From Podarcis erhardii (taxonomy: Eukaryota), in NCBI GenBank assembly GCA_964252035.1, contig CAXUOO010000048.1: DNA of 64,000 nucleotides; one strand, given 5' to 3'. Each line of letters opens with the position of its first letter. Within the stretch, counting starts at the first letter, position 1. Shown here piece after piece: positions 52,681 through 64,000 of this stretch. Made by a program: the position numbers and the translations under genes. The notes beneath the pieces are model-generated. The model was given only the letters and a program-made list of their open reading frames with translations. It was not told the origin of the DNA and did not search any database.

Positions 52681-53800
52681 ATATATATATTATACATTTA
52701 TAAGTATATATAAGGAAATGTATTTACGTAGTAATTGCAAACACATTTATGCCGGTTATGCTGGTTAGTCGTTCGTTTTTTGCTTCATTTGATTTATTGT
52801 TTTACCGTCAACAGCGTTACAACTGCAGCAGTTGCTTCTACTCTGCCAGCTGGTTTGCAATCAGCATTGCAAACACTTGGAAGTAGAGAATGCTGTGCTA
52901 ATAACTTGTGCTGTCGAGATTCTCAGTACATGCATTTGAACGGACGTAGCGACACTTGCCCATGCAAGCTGTCTAGGTGAAATTTCGTGTTTTCTTTGAG
53001 CGTGACCTTGACAAAGCAGTGCTATGTGGTAGAGTTTGGCGAGCTTGAACGAACCTGTGTTATGCGCTGTGAGTGGTTTTAAGTTGTGCACGTCATTCTG
53101 TACGTTCGCTTGCTATGTAAATTTGTTTTTGAAGAACCTGAGGCTGTTTGACGCTTCCAGCTCTGTATAATTTGAAATGCAGCTGGGACGTGAGGCTGCG
53201 TCAAACCGCCTGAGTGGACATACGCTTCCAAAAGAACTTTGCAAAATACCATTTAAAATTCACATAGAAAAGCTCATTCTCAGGTATGTGGCCGTAGAAA
53301 AGTTGTGTAATGTAACGCACATATTGAAAGTGTGCACGAAACATGAATAGCCACTGTGTACGTGCGCATATATGTATGAAACCTCAGTGACAAGGATATC
53401 TAGACAATTTTTTTATCCTAATCGCGTTATCAGGGGCCGTTGCTAAATCCCGGGTTGATGTCTGGTTACTGGGTGAAATTGACAATACCGACGTTTCTGA
53501 GAAATGCAGGTCCTGAAAATCGGTATTGGACTTACCAACATTGATGCGCTTTTAAAATTGGCATGTTGGATTTTTCTTGCTGAAAAAGTCGCATTATCGA
53601 CTTTGTGACCGACTAAACATTCGCTTTACTTCTTCCTCTCAAAACAGATGTCATTTTAAAGGCTGCTTCGATTCGCTGGCCAAAGAAACTAGGTTGCCAA
53701 CGAGCCTGTATCAATGGCATATGTTGTCTTCGCGGTAATGGAAGTGTGGATGCTTTGTAAAGTACAGTAATATCTTGCATTTAACTGCTTGGGAAATTCA
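46778..53800 (+). pseudogene. VPS16: Unprocessed VPS16 pseudogene (exons and introns collinear with 30447-37700)
   Basis: Start ATGCTGGAAAAGCCATGGTAG hits a stop at codon 7, and exon 1 has a ~30-nt deletion. Decayed exon copies lie in order near 46.8, 47.2, 47.6, 47.9, 48.4, 48.6, 49.2-49.4, 50.0, 50.3, 50.9-51.2, 52.1, 52.4, 53.5 and 53.65 kb, with many stops and indels. Retained introns indicate a DNA-level duplication. Confidence 0.9.
52607..52691. repeat. (AT)n microsatellite in the VPS16 pseudogene
   Basis: ~85-nt near-perfect AT run, the longest in the window, at the position paralogous to 36588-36625. Confidence 0.95.
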
Positions 53801-54339
53801 GCGCAAATCGTGTCTGCATACATCAAATCAATGCTGCTGGTAGCCTTATGAAAACAAAATTGTTCTTTGGAGCTCACTTGCTGTTTTTCTGCAGCTCGTT
53901 TTCCGGGTTGCTGCTGATGTGAAGTATATAAGTCAAGCTAGCGTGCCTATAACAAATGTAAACGACCCAGTGATTACAAGGCAAGGTGATTACTCCGTAT
54001 GGACTGTATATATGTGTTACGCAGCCTCTGGTTGAAATATAATCCATCATTTAGTTGAGCCTTACCGTTCGTCACCTGTAAAAGTTCAACAGTTCAAAGG
54101 TTCACTATAGAGAAGGATGGGGCTTCCACGTGATACAATGATTTTCATATGGGCTGTAATTCTAATTCCACCGAAATTCAAACATAAGGGAATGGCTTTG
54201 ATAATGGGAACGTGCTGGACGGTTCTTAGACTGAGATTTGGCTTCGAATCCGCGCTTTGCACTTAAGATCAGGCACCTATAGCGCCCAATATGAACAGCC
54301 GCTCTTTGACAGAAAAAATAAGGAAATACGCACAAAACT

Positions 54340-57300
54340 TTTATACAAGAGAATGCTGTGCTCACAAACGCCTCAATGTAAGCGGTTGAACGGTTCTTCG
54401 CAAATCGCATACTGACTTTTATGTCATGCTATCTAGTTCCTTTTTCAGCTATCACTCTCAAGTTCCGAAACGCAGACTACTAGATATTTCATTTGACATT
54501 CGAAATCCTGATCAATCGAGATCCCTTGTTCATCTGACTTCCACTGCAGACTGATTATTGAAGGTTGAACCATGCTCTGCAAATCGTGACCTTGCTTCCA
54601 TATGACAACACTGTATCTTTCTTGTCGCAGGCTAACTTTGGTGTATCACCAGACAACAACTTTACATGGGGGCGCAGATATCAAGAACGTATTTGATAAT
54701 TCACCTTCCGATACTTTTGCTTCAACTGCACGTCCTGCACTGCAGCTGAAGCTCCTTCACATTGTATATTTTAAGTCAGAATTAAGACTTTTGCGCAAAT
54801 TCACACAGTCTAGTTGAATCACGCACTGCTTCATGAGTCGCTCACGATGCAGTGGAGAACGTGCCGCTTGAGGTAGAGTACAAGCAGGATTTCTGTCGAC
54901 AGATAAACACGATCTGGTGATTGATTTTCCCAAGCCTCTCTATTAAATACGAGCTTTCATATAATTCAACTATTCAACTGTAAAAGCAAGCCTTGACACT
55001 TCTTTTCTGCACACACACACAGACACGACAGACATCGGGCACGTGCTGCAGCGGTCGCACTTTTTCATTATACGGCGTCAGCCGTGCATTCTGCAACGAA
55101 AATTAGTTAACGTGGAACAATATATTACCCCTTCTGCTTACAGCTGTGTTTTCAAATAAGGAAACCCAGTAGCTGAGATATGCACAACTGTGATCAATGT
55201 AGGCTTCCATGGAATACAATAGAGTTGCTTTCGTGCGAGCGCTTCTAATGGCAGCTGCGCGATCTTTGAAAAATCTCTTACTGTGTAGAAGCTGCTGCAC
55301 GGCTCATGTCCTAGAGATCTGGTTTTAGCCACATGCGCTGCACTGGATTTAAAATGCCGCAAGACAAAATATTATTAATACTGTCTAAGGCTGTGCTCAG
55401 ATGTAAACACAGTCTTATTTCCCAATCATGCAATATTATATAGATGCTGAAAATATTGTTATATAATTTCTGCAGCTTTCAATGCGAGCATCTGAAACCG
55501 TTATCATCCAAAAATTTACACAAATCTTCGACATCTGGATCTGCTGCACGGCTCACATTCCAATAAGTCTATTCTGGTATATACTGAGCCTACTAATAAT
55601 GCACGAGTAACCATATGACAAAAGCGAATTTTCAACCGCTCGGTCATCAATGTTTCTGCTATATACATTTACGGTTGCATGCTATGAACTCTATCAAGCT
55701 TCCATGCGGGTCTCTCTAAATATGTATCGTGCAACACTTCAAAGAATCCCCAGAGTTTGACTGTATGCTGCGCGACATACTCTCTGAAAAAAAATTCATT
55801 CGATTTCCAATCCTGCAATGCCGTAATGCTTGTAAAAGCAGGTTGTTTGTCAGAGATTGTGCTGCCATAAAAGGCCTGGTTTCGTTGCAATGCGATCCGT
55901 TCAACTGCTGCTGTGCAACCATTCGTAGTCGATGCGATGTTCGAAAATGTTTTGCACGCTGACCGTTCAAATACATACTTTCGGCCGCGCAGAGTGCAAG
56001 GGAGTTGATGCGATTTGATGAGAAGTACTTAGTTCATTCTAATACTGTGATCAATACTAGAAACATTCAAGTAGTCGAACCATACAATGCTATAAATTTT
56101 TTGGGGTTCCATGTAACCATATTTAGTTCTTAATGCGATCCTTTGAAGTAAGGCTGTGCAACGCTTTATAGATCCTGCGATGTCGAAAAGGTGATCCACG
56201 TTCACATTTTAAACATATAAATTCGATCGCGCAGGATGCAGTAGATCTTATTCGGCTTTCTGAGAAGTACTCTCAAGTACTCTCATTTTCTTAAAATTCT
56301 ATTCACTTGTAAAAACGTACAACCGATCATATTCTGTACTGCAATAATAAGTTTGGCATCCAAGTAGCACAGCATATCTAGTTTTCAGTACGACAAATTG
56401 CAGCTCTGTTGGGCAAGCCTTCAACTATACAGCGAAACTCAGAATGCGCTGCGCGGGTGACTACCTGAAAATATAATTTTGGCCGCGCAGGGGCGCAAAA
56501 GCAGGATGTGCGGCTTGAGAGGAATTCCCCCTCCATCAAACACAATCAAGAAATCGAAACGTGTATGTCAATGTAGCCTGCACTGCGAGCTTCTGCATTT
56601 ACTGCTGTGCAACCCTCCATAGATTCTGCGATACTAGAAAAATTTACGCTCATCTTCTGAAAGTATACATTCGGCCGCGCAGCCTGCAATGGATTTTATG
56701 CGGCATGATGGGTAGAACATTCAGTTTTTTCAAGTGTTGTTCTCACTTGGAAAACACGTATAATTAGTCACGCCACGCATTGCGGTAGAAATTCGTTCCT
56801 TCACGTGAAGCAGTAGATCTGGTTTGCAAAGCGACATTTAACAACTTCTATTGTGCAATCCTTCATACATATGGCAAAATCCAAAACCGCGCTGCACGAC
56901 TCACCATCTAAATATATACACTTGATCTCACAGTCTGCATTACATGTAACGGACTTTATGGAGAAAGGTTTTCCTACATATAGGTTTGACCGACATATCT
57001 CAGCTATTAAATGAAACACGCAATTATATAGGAAATGCTACTTTTTGTGATCTACAAGTGACATAGCTTTCTCCGCGAGTTTATACGACTGTTACTGTGC
57101 TAGGCTTTAAAGCTACCGTGAACAAGGAAAACTGAGTGCACGGCTCACTTCCTAGGATCTGGACGCAATCTTGCATCCTGCAGTAAAGGTCATCCGGCTT
57201 GAATAAACGTATCCAACTTCATTCTTATGCTGCTTTCCCTTGTCAAAACAATCAAATTCTCAAATCCTGTCCTGTAATGATATTACTGCCTTCTATACAC

Positions 57301-60300
57301 AACAGCATATCTTGTTTTCAGTTCGACATTCTGCACGTCCTGTTGTGCTATCCTACATAGAATTCCAAAAATGTGCAACACGGCGTTGAGTAAATATACT
57401 CGACCGCGCACTCTGCAATAGAGACAATGCAGCTTGAAAAAACTACTATAATTTTATTAAAATGCTGTGCTCACTTGTAAAAATAATTCAGTAGTCAAAC
57501 CATGCACTGCTACAACACATCTGGCTTTACCGTATGAAGATACATCTAATCTTCTGCTGCTTTCCAACCCTTCATTAATTCTGCAAAATCCAAAGGCATG
57601 CAAGGCGGCTCACGCTCTGGAAAGTATATTTGACGGTGCAGCCTGCAATGCAGGTTATGCGGATTGGAAAAATACTGCAGTCTTATTTAAATGTTGTGCT
57701 CACCTGTAAACATAATTAGTTTTCAAAGCATGCACTGGTAGACAACTGCTGCCTTCCGTGTAAGACAGTTTATCTAGTTTGCAATGCGACTTTTGAAAAC
57801 TGCTGCTGTGCAGCTCCTCATTAATACTGAAATCTGGGACAATGAGCTCTACGGCTCACTTCCTAAATGTAGAATTTTGATCGCGTATCTTGGAATGGAA
57901 GTAATGCGTTTGGTAGAAGGATAATATTATTTTTTTCTAGTGCTTTGCTCACTTTTGAACAGAATCCACTGGTCAAAATGCACTGCTCTTTTCTAAGTCC
58001 CTTGTACCACAGTATATTTAGTTTGAAATTCGATTCTTTAAAATCGCTGCTTCGCAGACCTTCATGAAAAAAGCGCAATGCACGTATGTGCTGCAAGTCT
58101 CACGCTCAACCTGTATTCAAGGGAATGCGGTCCGAAGACAAATACGCTCTTCTAGTCTTATGCTGTGCTCACTTTATTTGTAATTACAATCCAATTAGTC
58201 AACTCATGCGCTGTTACAGACATTCTGGTTCCACGTAACGTAAAATATGTAGTCTGAAATGCAAACCCTAAATCTGCTGCTGTGCACCCTTTCCTAGATA
58301 GCCCGAAGTCATAAATTTGCTGCACGTCTCAATTCCATATATGCATTCTACTGCACATCCTGCAAATGTTGCGTTCACGTGTAAGCACAATCGATCACTC
58401 AATCTATGTTGGTATATAAATGCTGGCTTCTAGGAAAGGCAATCTATCTACTTTGTTATAATAGTGTTGGAAATGCCGTTATGCGATTTCTCAAAGGTAA
58501 TGAAAAATATGAACCTGTGCTACAGGACCCACACTCTAAGGATATACATTCGACAGCGCAGGCTGCACTACCTGTAAAGCTCCCTAGAAAAACATCAAGT
58601 GTCGCTTTATTGTAATGCTGAGATTTCAAACAAACACAAGCTACGGACTGAATCACCTACTGATGTAACTTATGTTGTTTCCAATGAACAGAAAGCTACT
58701 TGTTTCTCAGAGTGAGTTTATAAGATGTTGTCGTTGCAACGCTTCACGATTTACCAAAGCTGGGCCACCTGCGGCATGGCGATTGCGCAGCCTGCAATGG
58801 AGGAAATGCAATGTTTGGAAAAAATTATACTTTTTCGGAATACTGTGCTCATTTGGGAAAACACCATAACGTTGTCAAACCTTGCACTGCCATAGAAAGT
58901 GTGGAATTCCATGTGACAAAATATATGCTAACTAGCAATGCGAGTCTTTGAGATGGCTGCTTTGCAATCCTTCATGGATACTTTGCAATGTTCGAGACGT
59001 CCTGCACGACTTACAAGCTGTAAAAAGTCCCACCCAATCCCCTTAATGGAGGCAACGGTAAGTGAAGAGAAATAAGGCTTCATCAGTCTAGTTTGCAAGC
59101 CGCTATAATTGCTACTCTGCAACATTTTATAGATTCTACGGAAGTCCAATACTTGCAATGCGGCTCGCTTTAAAAAAACGTTTGTTCGACCGCGCAGTCT
59201 GCAACTCAGATACTTCGGCTTAAAGTAAAATATTGCATGGGTCAAACCATTCACTGGTGTAAAAATTCTGGCTTCCATGTCAGACAGAAGATGTTGATTG
59301 CAATGTGAGTCTTGAGATTGCTGCTGTGCAGTTCCCCGTAGATAATGCAATGTTCGAACATGTGGTGCATTACTCACTTGCTGAAGATATACAATCGATC
59401 GCGCAGACTGCACTACGTGTAAAGCGCCCTTAAAAAAAAAACTCAACTGCCCCTCTAATCTAATGCTAAAAGTACAAACAAACACAAACTACCGGATGAA
59501 TCACGTACTGATGTAACAAGTGCTAAAATCCGCGATCCACAAGCTACAGAGCTTTCAACGCGAGTTTATAAGCTGTTATTACTATGCAAAGCTGCACGAT
59601 CTAACAATATGGGCCGCTTGCGGCACCGCAGAGTTTCTGAAGACATGATTTCGATTGCACAGACTGTAATGGAAGAAATGCAACTTTTTGCCTAAAGTCG
59701 TATTTTTTCGATTGTTGTGCTCACTTGAAAACACTAGCAGGTAGCGAAACCATGACTGGTATTGCATTTCGGCTTCCAGGTGACTGAAGGTTAGCTAGTA
59801 TGGAATGCGAGCCTCCGAAACGGCTGCTATGCAAACCTTCACAGATACTCAGAGATGTTTGAAAACTTGCAGCAAGACTCACAAGCTGAAAATTTATCTT
59901 TAACGGCGCAGCCCGCAATTGAGATAATGCGGAGAGGTAAAAGATACTTTTATGGTCTATGATGCTGTATGCACGTTTATAGTCAATCTCGTGGTAAAAT
60001 TATGCACTGCTATACTATTGCTGGCTTCTATGTAGCACAATACTCTACTTTTCACTTTAGGTTGCTGCTGTGCAGCCCTTCAGATTTACTAGAATGCTTG
60101 CTGCATGCCTCCCTATCTGAGCAGATAAGTTTGATTTCCTAGCCTGGAATGATGATTATTCAGCCGAACATATGGAAGTTTTACTTTAGTAAAGTGATGT
60201 GTGAACACACGATTTCCTGCTTAAATCATGCACTGCTATAGAACGTTTGCTTCAATACAACACAGACAGTCTACTTTGCAGTAAGAATCTTCATAGTTGT

Positions 60301-63300
60301 CGCTCTTCAAATTTCCGGAAGTACTGCGGAATTGTTCGGCGTGGCTCACCACCTGAACATATTTCTTAATGTAAAAACCGTCAAGCACAAACAAACCTTC
60401 GAGCGCTACGCTTTTGTGGCTCTCGTATAACACAGTATAACTAGCCTGCAGCGCGAGCGTTTGAGAGTCCTGCTGTGCAACGCTGTGTAGGTCTGAATTT
60501 TTTGAAAATGGGCTGCACGACTCACAAGCTTTCATTCAATCGAGCGGCCTGCAGCGAAGGTAATGCGGCCAGCAGAAAATCATTTTTGCTTAATTCGAAT
60601 GCTGCCTTCTGTTATAAACACATCCTATTGGTCACATCACACACTGCTCTAAAGCGTCTGGCTTCATAAAACTTCATATATCAGGTCTGCAGTGCGACCC
60701 TTCAAAACTGCTGCTGTGAAAAAAACCGCTTCACTAACATCGCAACATCCGGAAACGTAATGCAAGACTCACGTCCTAAATATATAATGTCGACTGAAAA
60801 TATTGCAATTGAGCGAATGCGGCCTGAGGAATAGTACTGCTTCTTTTTTTGAATGCTGTGTATGCGTGTGAAAAGGTCAGGTACTTACTTCAAGCGCTGC
60901 TATAATAATTCTGGCTTTCATGTAACACATTATGGTTTCGAATGCGAGTTTCGAACTCTGTTGTGCAACCTTTCATAGCTACTAATATGCTCGGAATTGT
61001 GCAGCACGCCTTTTTGTTTTTGGTTTTGAAGGCGCACCCTGTCATGGACCGAATGCGACCACAAGAATAATCCTTCGCCTTTATCCCAGTGCTGTGTTTC
61101 CGTGTAAAAGCATACAAGTAGTCGTAATAAAAAGTTTGCCTTCCATAACACTCAATACAGTCAATCTGGTGGCCTCGGAAAATGGTGCTGTGCGACACTT
61201 TCTATATACTGAATGTTTGAGCACGTGCTGCATGGCTCACCGGCTAAGGATGTGCATTCGACGGCGCCGCCCGAAAGGCAAAAAATTCTGCATTAAAGGA
61301 AACTCCTATACTTTCTTCGAATGTTGTATTCATTAGTTTGAAAAGGTAAATATTTAGATTTTCAGGTGTTATAAAACTTCTTAATTTAAGATTGGAAATC
61401 TAGTCTGCAACGGGGGGTCCTGTGCTATTGCTGCTGTGTATTCGTGTAGATGTACTGCGAAGGTCGAAAATGAGTTTGCACGGCTCACCGTCTAAAAACC
61501 AAATTTTCGACCACGCAGCCTAGACTAACGCACTGCACAGGCAAACATTTTTTTATTACGTTGATGCCGTATTTGAGAACAAACATACACTTATATGTGA
61601 GATCCTTACTGATACGTCATATGCCATTTTCAGAGTAGTAAGAGGTATACTTTTTCAAAATGAGCAATTACAATTCGTGCTCTGCAGCACTTCAAAGACA
61701 CCGCGAATATCGCACACATGCTGCAACGTCTCAGGTTCTGGAATGACAATTCGAACGCACAACCCGGAATGAAAATACTGCGGCGTGAAGAATACTTTTA
61801 CATCCTTTCACTGCTGTGGTTGCTTGAAAAACAATCGAGTACGCAAACCTTGCACTGCTATGGATTCCACTTCATACAGTATGCCCAGTACGAAACTGTA
61901 AACTGACGCTATGAAACACTTCATAGGTGATACAAAGTTCGGAAATGCGCTGCACGCTTCACTTCCTAAAACCATACATTCAGCCGCCCAGCTTGCAGTA
62001 CGTGTAATGCGCTGTAGGAAAAACATACGAATTTTATGCATGCAAACAACTGAGTGAAACACAGACTGATGAATCAAATGCGATTTCTTATAAAAGAAGA
62101 AGAGTTAGTTTCCAACTCAAGCCTAAGCGGTAGGTGTGCAAACCATCACACTTACCGCAAAATCGCACACCTTCTGCACAACTCACTTCTCAAATATATA
62201 ACCTCGTTCGTGCGGTCTGAAGCGGTGAAAATGCGTTTTACAAAACGACACTTCTTTGGTATTTTAATGCTATGTATACTTGTGTGTAGCAGCCTGCAAT
62301 TGAAATAATGCAACTTGAAACGATAAACACCAATGTCAATTCACTGCTCTGTTCTCCCGTAACCAAGACCAAATGTCAAACCATGCGCTGCGATAGAAAG
62401 TGTGGCTTCCATGTAACATGTTGTGTCTAGTTTGCAACGCGAGCTTCTAGAAATAACGGCTGGCTGCTCTTTGGAAATAGTGGGATGGTCGAAGTAGGTT
62501 TCAAGCTCACCTCCTAGAATCACACATTCGGCCGCGCAGCCTGCAATGAAGGCAATGTGGCTTGAAGGGAAGCTTCCCTACTTTATGGAAATGCTATGTA
62601 CACATGTAAACACGGTTACATAATCAAAGCTTGTCCTGCGATAAAACTCGTTGCCTCCGTGTAATCGATTCTACTTAGTCTGCGTGAATCTGGAAATGGC
62701 TGCTGGGCAACCGTTCACGGATACTGCCGAATTTGAAAATATGCTGCAAGGCTCACTTTCTGGAATTATACATTCGACCGCGCGCGCAGCCTGCACTAAG
62801 TGTGTCACCTCGTTAGAATTAATAATATGTCTTTGTCTCTTCCTGTGTTTGAGAACACAAAACAGAGGTAAATTGAAACAGAAAAACTTAGGTTAGATGC
62901 TACCTTTCATCAACTACTAGCTACATGAAATTCAGCACGAGTTTACACAATCTACGTCGCGCAACGCTGCACATAAACCGAGAACGGCAAAGATCTCCTA
63001 CCCAGCTCACAAGATGGTGATATAGTCTCGATCTCCCGGCCTACAATGAAAGGAATGCGGGACCGAAATATTTCTACTTTGTTTTAATGCTGTATTCAGT
63101 TGCACCATGCATTGATATAGAGATGGGGGCTTTCATCAACTATGTTATATCCAGTCTGCAATGCGAAACTTTTTATGCTGCTATGCACCCACACTAGATA
63201 TTCCAAAGATTAAAATTGTGCTGTTCTGCTTACTGTCTGCGTATACTCGCTCGATGGTGCAGGCTGCAATGAGTATAAGGCTCCGTAGAGATAACTACAT

Positions 63301-64000
63301 ATTCTTCAATCGAATGCACTGTCTGCAAACAAGCAAAATGTAGTATAGAAATCTAATGATATATCAAGTGTCAATTACCATAATTACAACGCATATACTG
63401 TCTAGCTTGCTCCTATAGAATATTTGTTGTGCAACACGTCATATATACCGCGAATATCAAAAAGAAATCTGCAGCGCTCACTTCCTGGAATCGTTATGAC
63501 GACCAGGGAGTCTTGAGGAAAAATATGCGGCCTTACGAGAAATCCTCTTAGTCTTTCTCACAATCTCAGTACTTCTCCGGAACAGACAAATAGTCGATTC
63601 CGGCACTCTGCTAATTTCTCTGGTTTTCGTGAAGCATACGATTTCTAGATTGCAATACGAGTTTCTGAGGTTGCTGTTGTGCAATCCTTTTAAGATTAGA
63701 TTGACATTGTGCTTCCTGGCTCACTTTCTAATGTTTATACAGCTGATTTTGCAGCCTGGAAACGAGGTAAAGCAACTTCAGAAGAAGTGTTCTCTACGTT
63801 ACTTCAATGGTGTGTGCACTCCTAGAAACAAATTAGTGATTAAATCACGCATTGTCATACAAATTCTGCCTTTCAAATTACTATACACTATAGAATGTGC
63901 AATATGCGTTTTTGACTTTGATGCTGTGCTGCCCTTCACGGATATCTTGCAATGTCCGAAAACGCGCTGCACGGCCTACAAGCTGAAACGGTAAATTCAA
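54340..64000. repeat. Degenerate ~240-bp tandem array (~38-40 units, continues past the window end)
   Basis: The anchor GCTGCACGGCTCAC or a variant recurs at ~55294, 55543, 55953, 56196, 56448, 56891, 57137, 57371, 57599, 57849, 58090, 58319, 60511, 60761, 61228, 61476, 61718, 61949, 62741, 63468, 63710 and 63965, mostly 225-255 bp apart. Other blocks recur in fixed order: CGACCGCGCAGCCTGCAAT, GAGGTAATGCGGCTTG, ATGCTGTGCTCACTTG, ATGCACTGC, CTGGCTTCCATGTAAC, TCTAGTTTGCAATGCG, CTGCTGTGCA. Confidence 0.9.

Larger units (their letters stand above)
43450..54300 (+). repeat. Segmental duplicate of ~27.3-38.6 kb (end of block B, VPS16 upstream block C, VPS16)
   Basis: Anchors (approximate): agcgt.tttgc..aa..gtacaca (17.46k/27.6k/43.9k), aaacgcctaca (17.75k/44.29k), caccgtgctcct (28.28k/44.76k), tggccgt (18.65k/28.79k/45.22k), accgc.tcgat.ccag..aagcc.aatgcgtc (29.97k/46.39k), gcgca.tgtgaagc.tgtgtc.gcgac (30.15k/46.55k), followed by the full VPS16 copy. 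Confidence 0.88.

Noticed and set aside
54340-64000. Array as a CRISPR locus
   Set aside because: Eukaryotic context, ~240-bp period, whole units homologous (no unique spacers), no identical 25-45-nt repeats, no cas genes.
1-64000. tRNA, rRNA or telomeric (TTTAGGG)n repeats
   Set aside because: None recognised on either strand by eye; tRNAscan-SE/Infernal were not run.

Overview
Intron-rich eukaryotic DNA, not prokaryotic. The (AT)n-laden GT-AG introns, Q/S/A low-complexity linkers and gene content suggest a coccidian apicomplexan (inference). Two spliced + strand housekeeping genes can be rebuilt exon by exon: DDI1 (UBL, retroviral-type aspartyl protease and UBA domains; 781-13329; 7 exons) and VPS16 (30447 to at least 37993; 17+ exons). 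Each has one apparent 1-nt frameshift, possibly an assembly error. Most of the rest is old tandem segmental duplication: a copy of the DDI1 3' end plus downstream DNA (~20.4-28.9 kb), and a third partial copy carrying a complete but decayed VPS16 pseudogene (~43.5-54.3 kb). The most unusual element is a strongly diverged ~240-bp tandem array. It fills ~54.3-64.0 kb (~38-40 units, running off the window) and recurs as a 7-unit patch at ~18.75-20.37 kb, at a duplication junction. Its conserved blocks include an inverted-repeat pair and splice-signal-like motifs, and its function is unknown. All alignments were done by eye and the boundaries of repeats and duplications are approximate.
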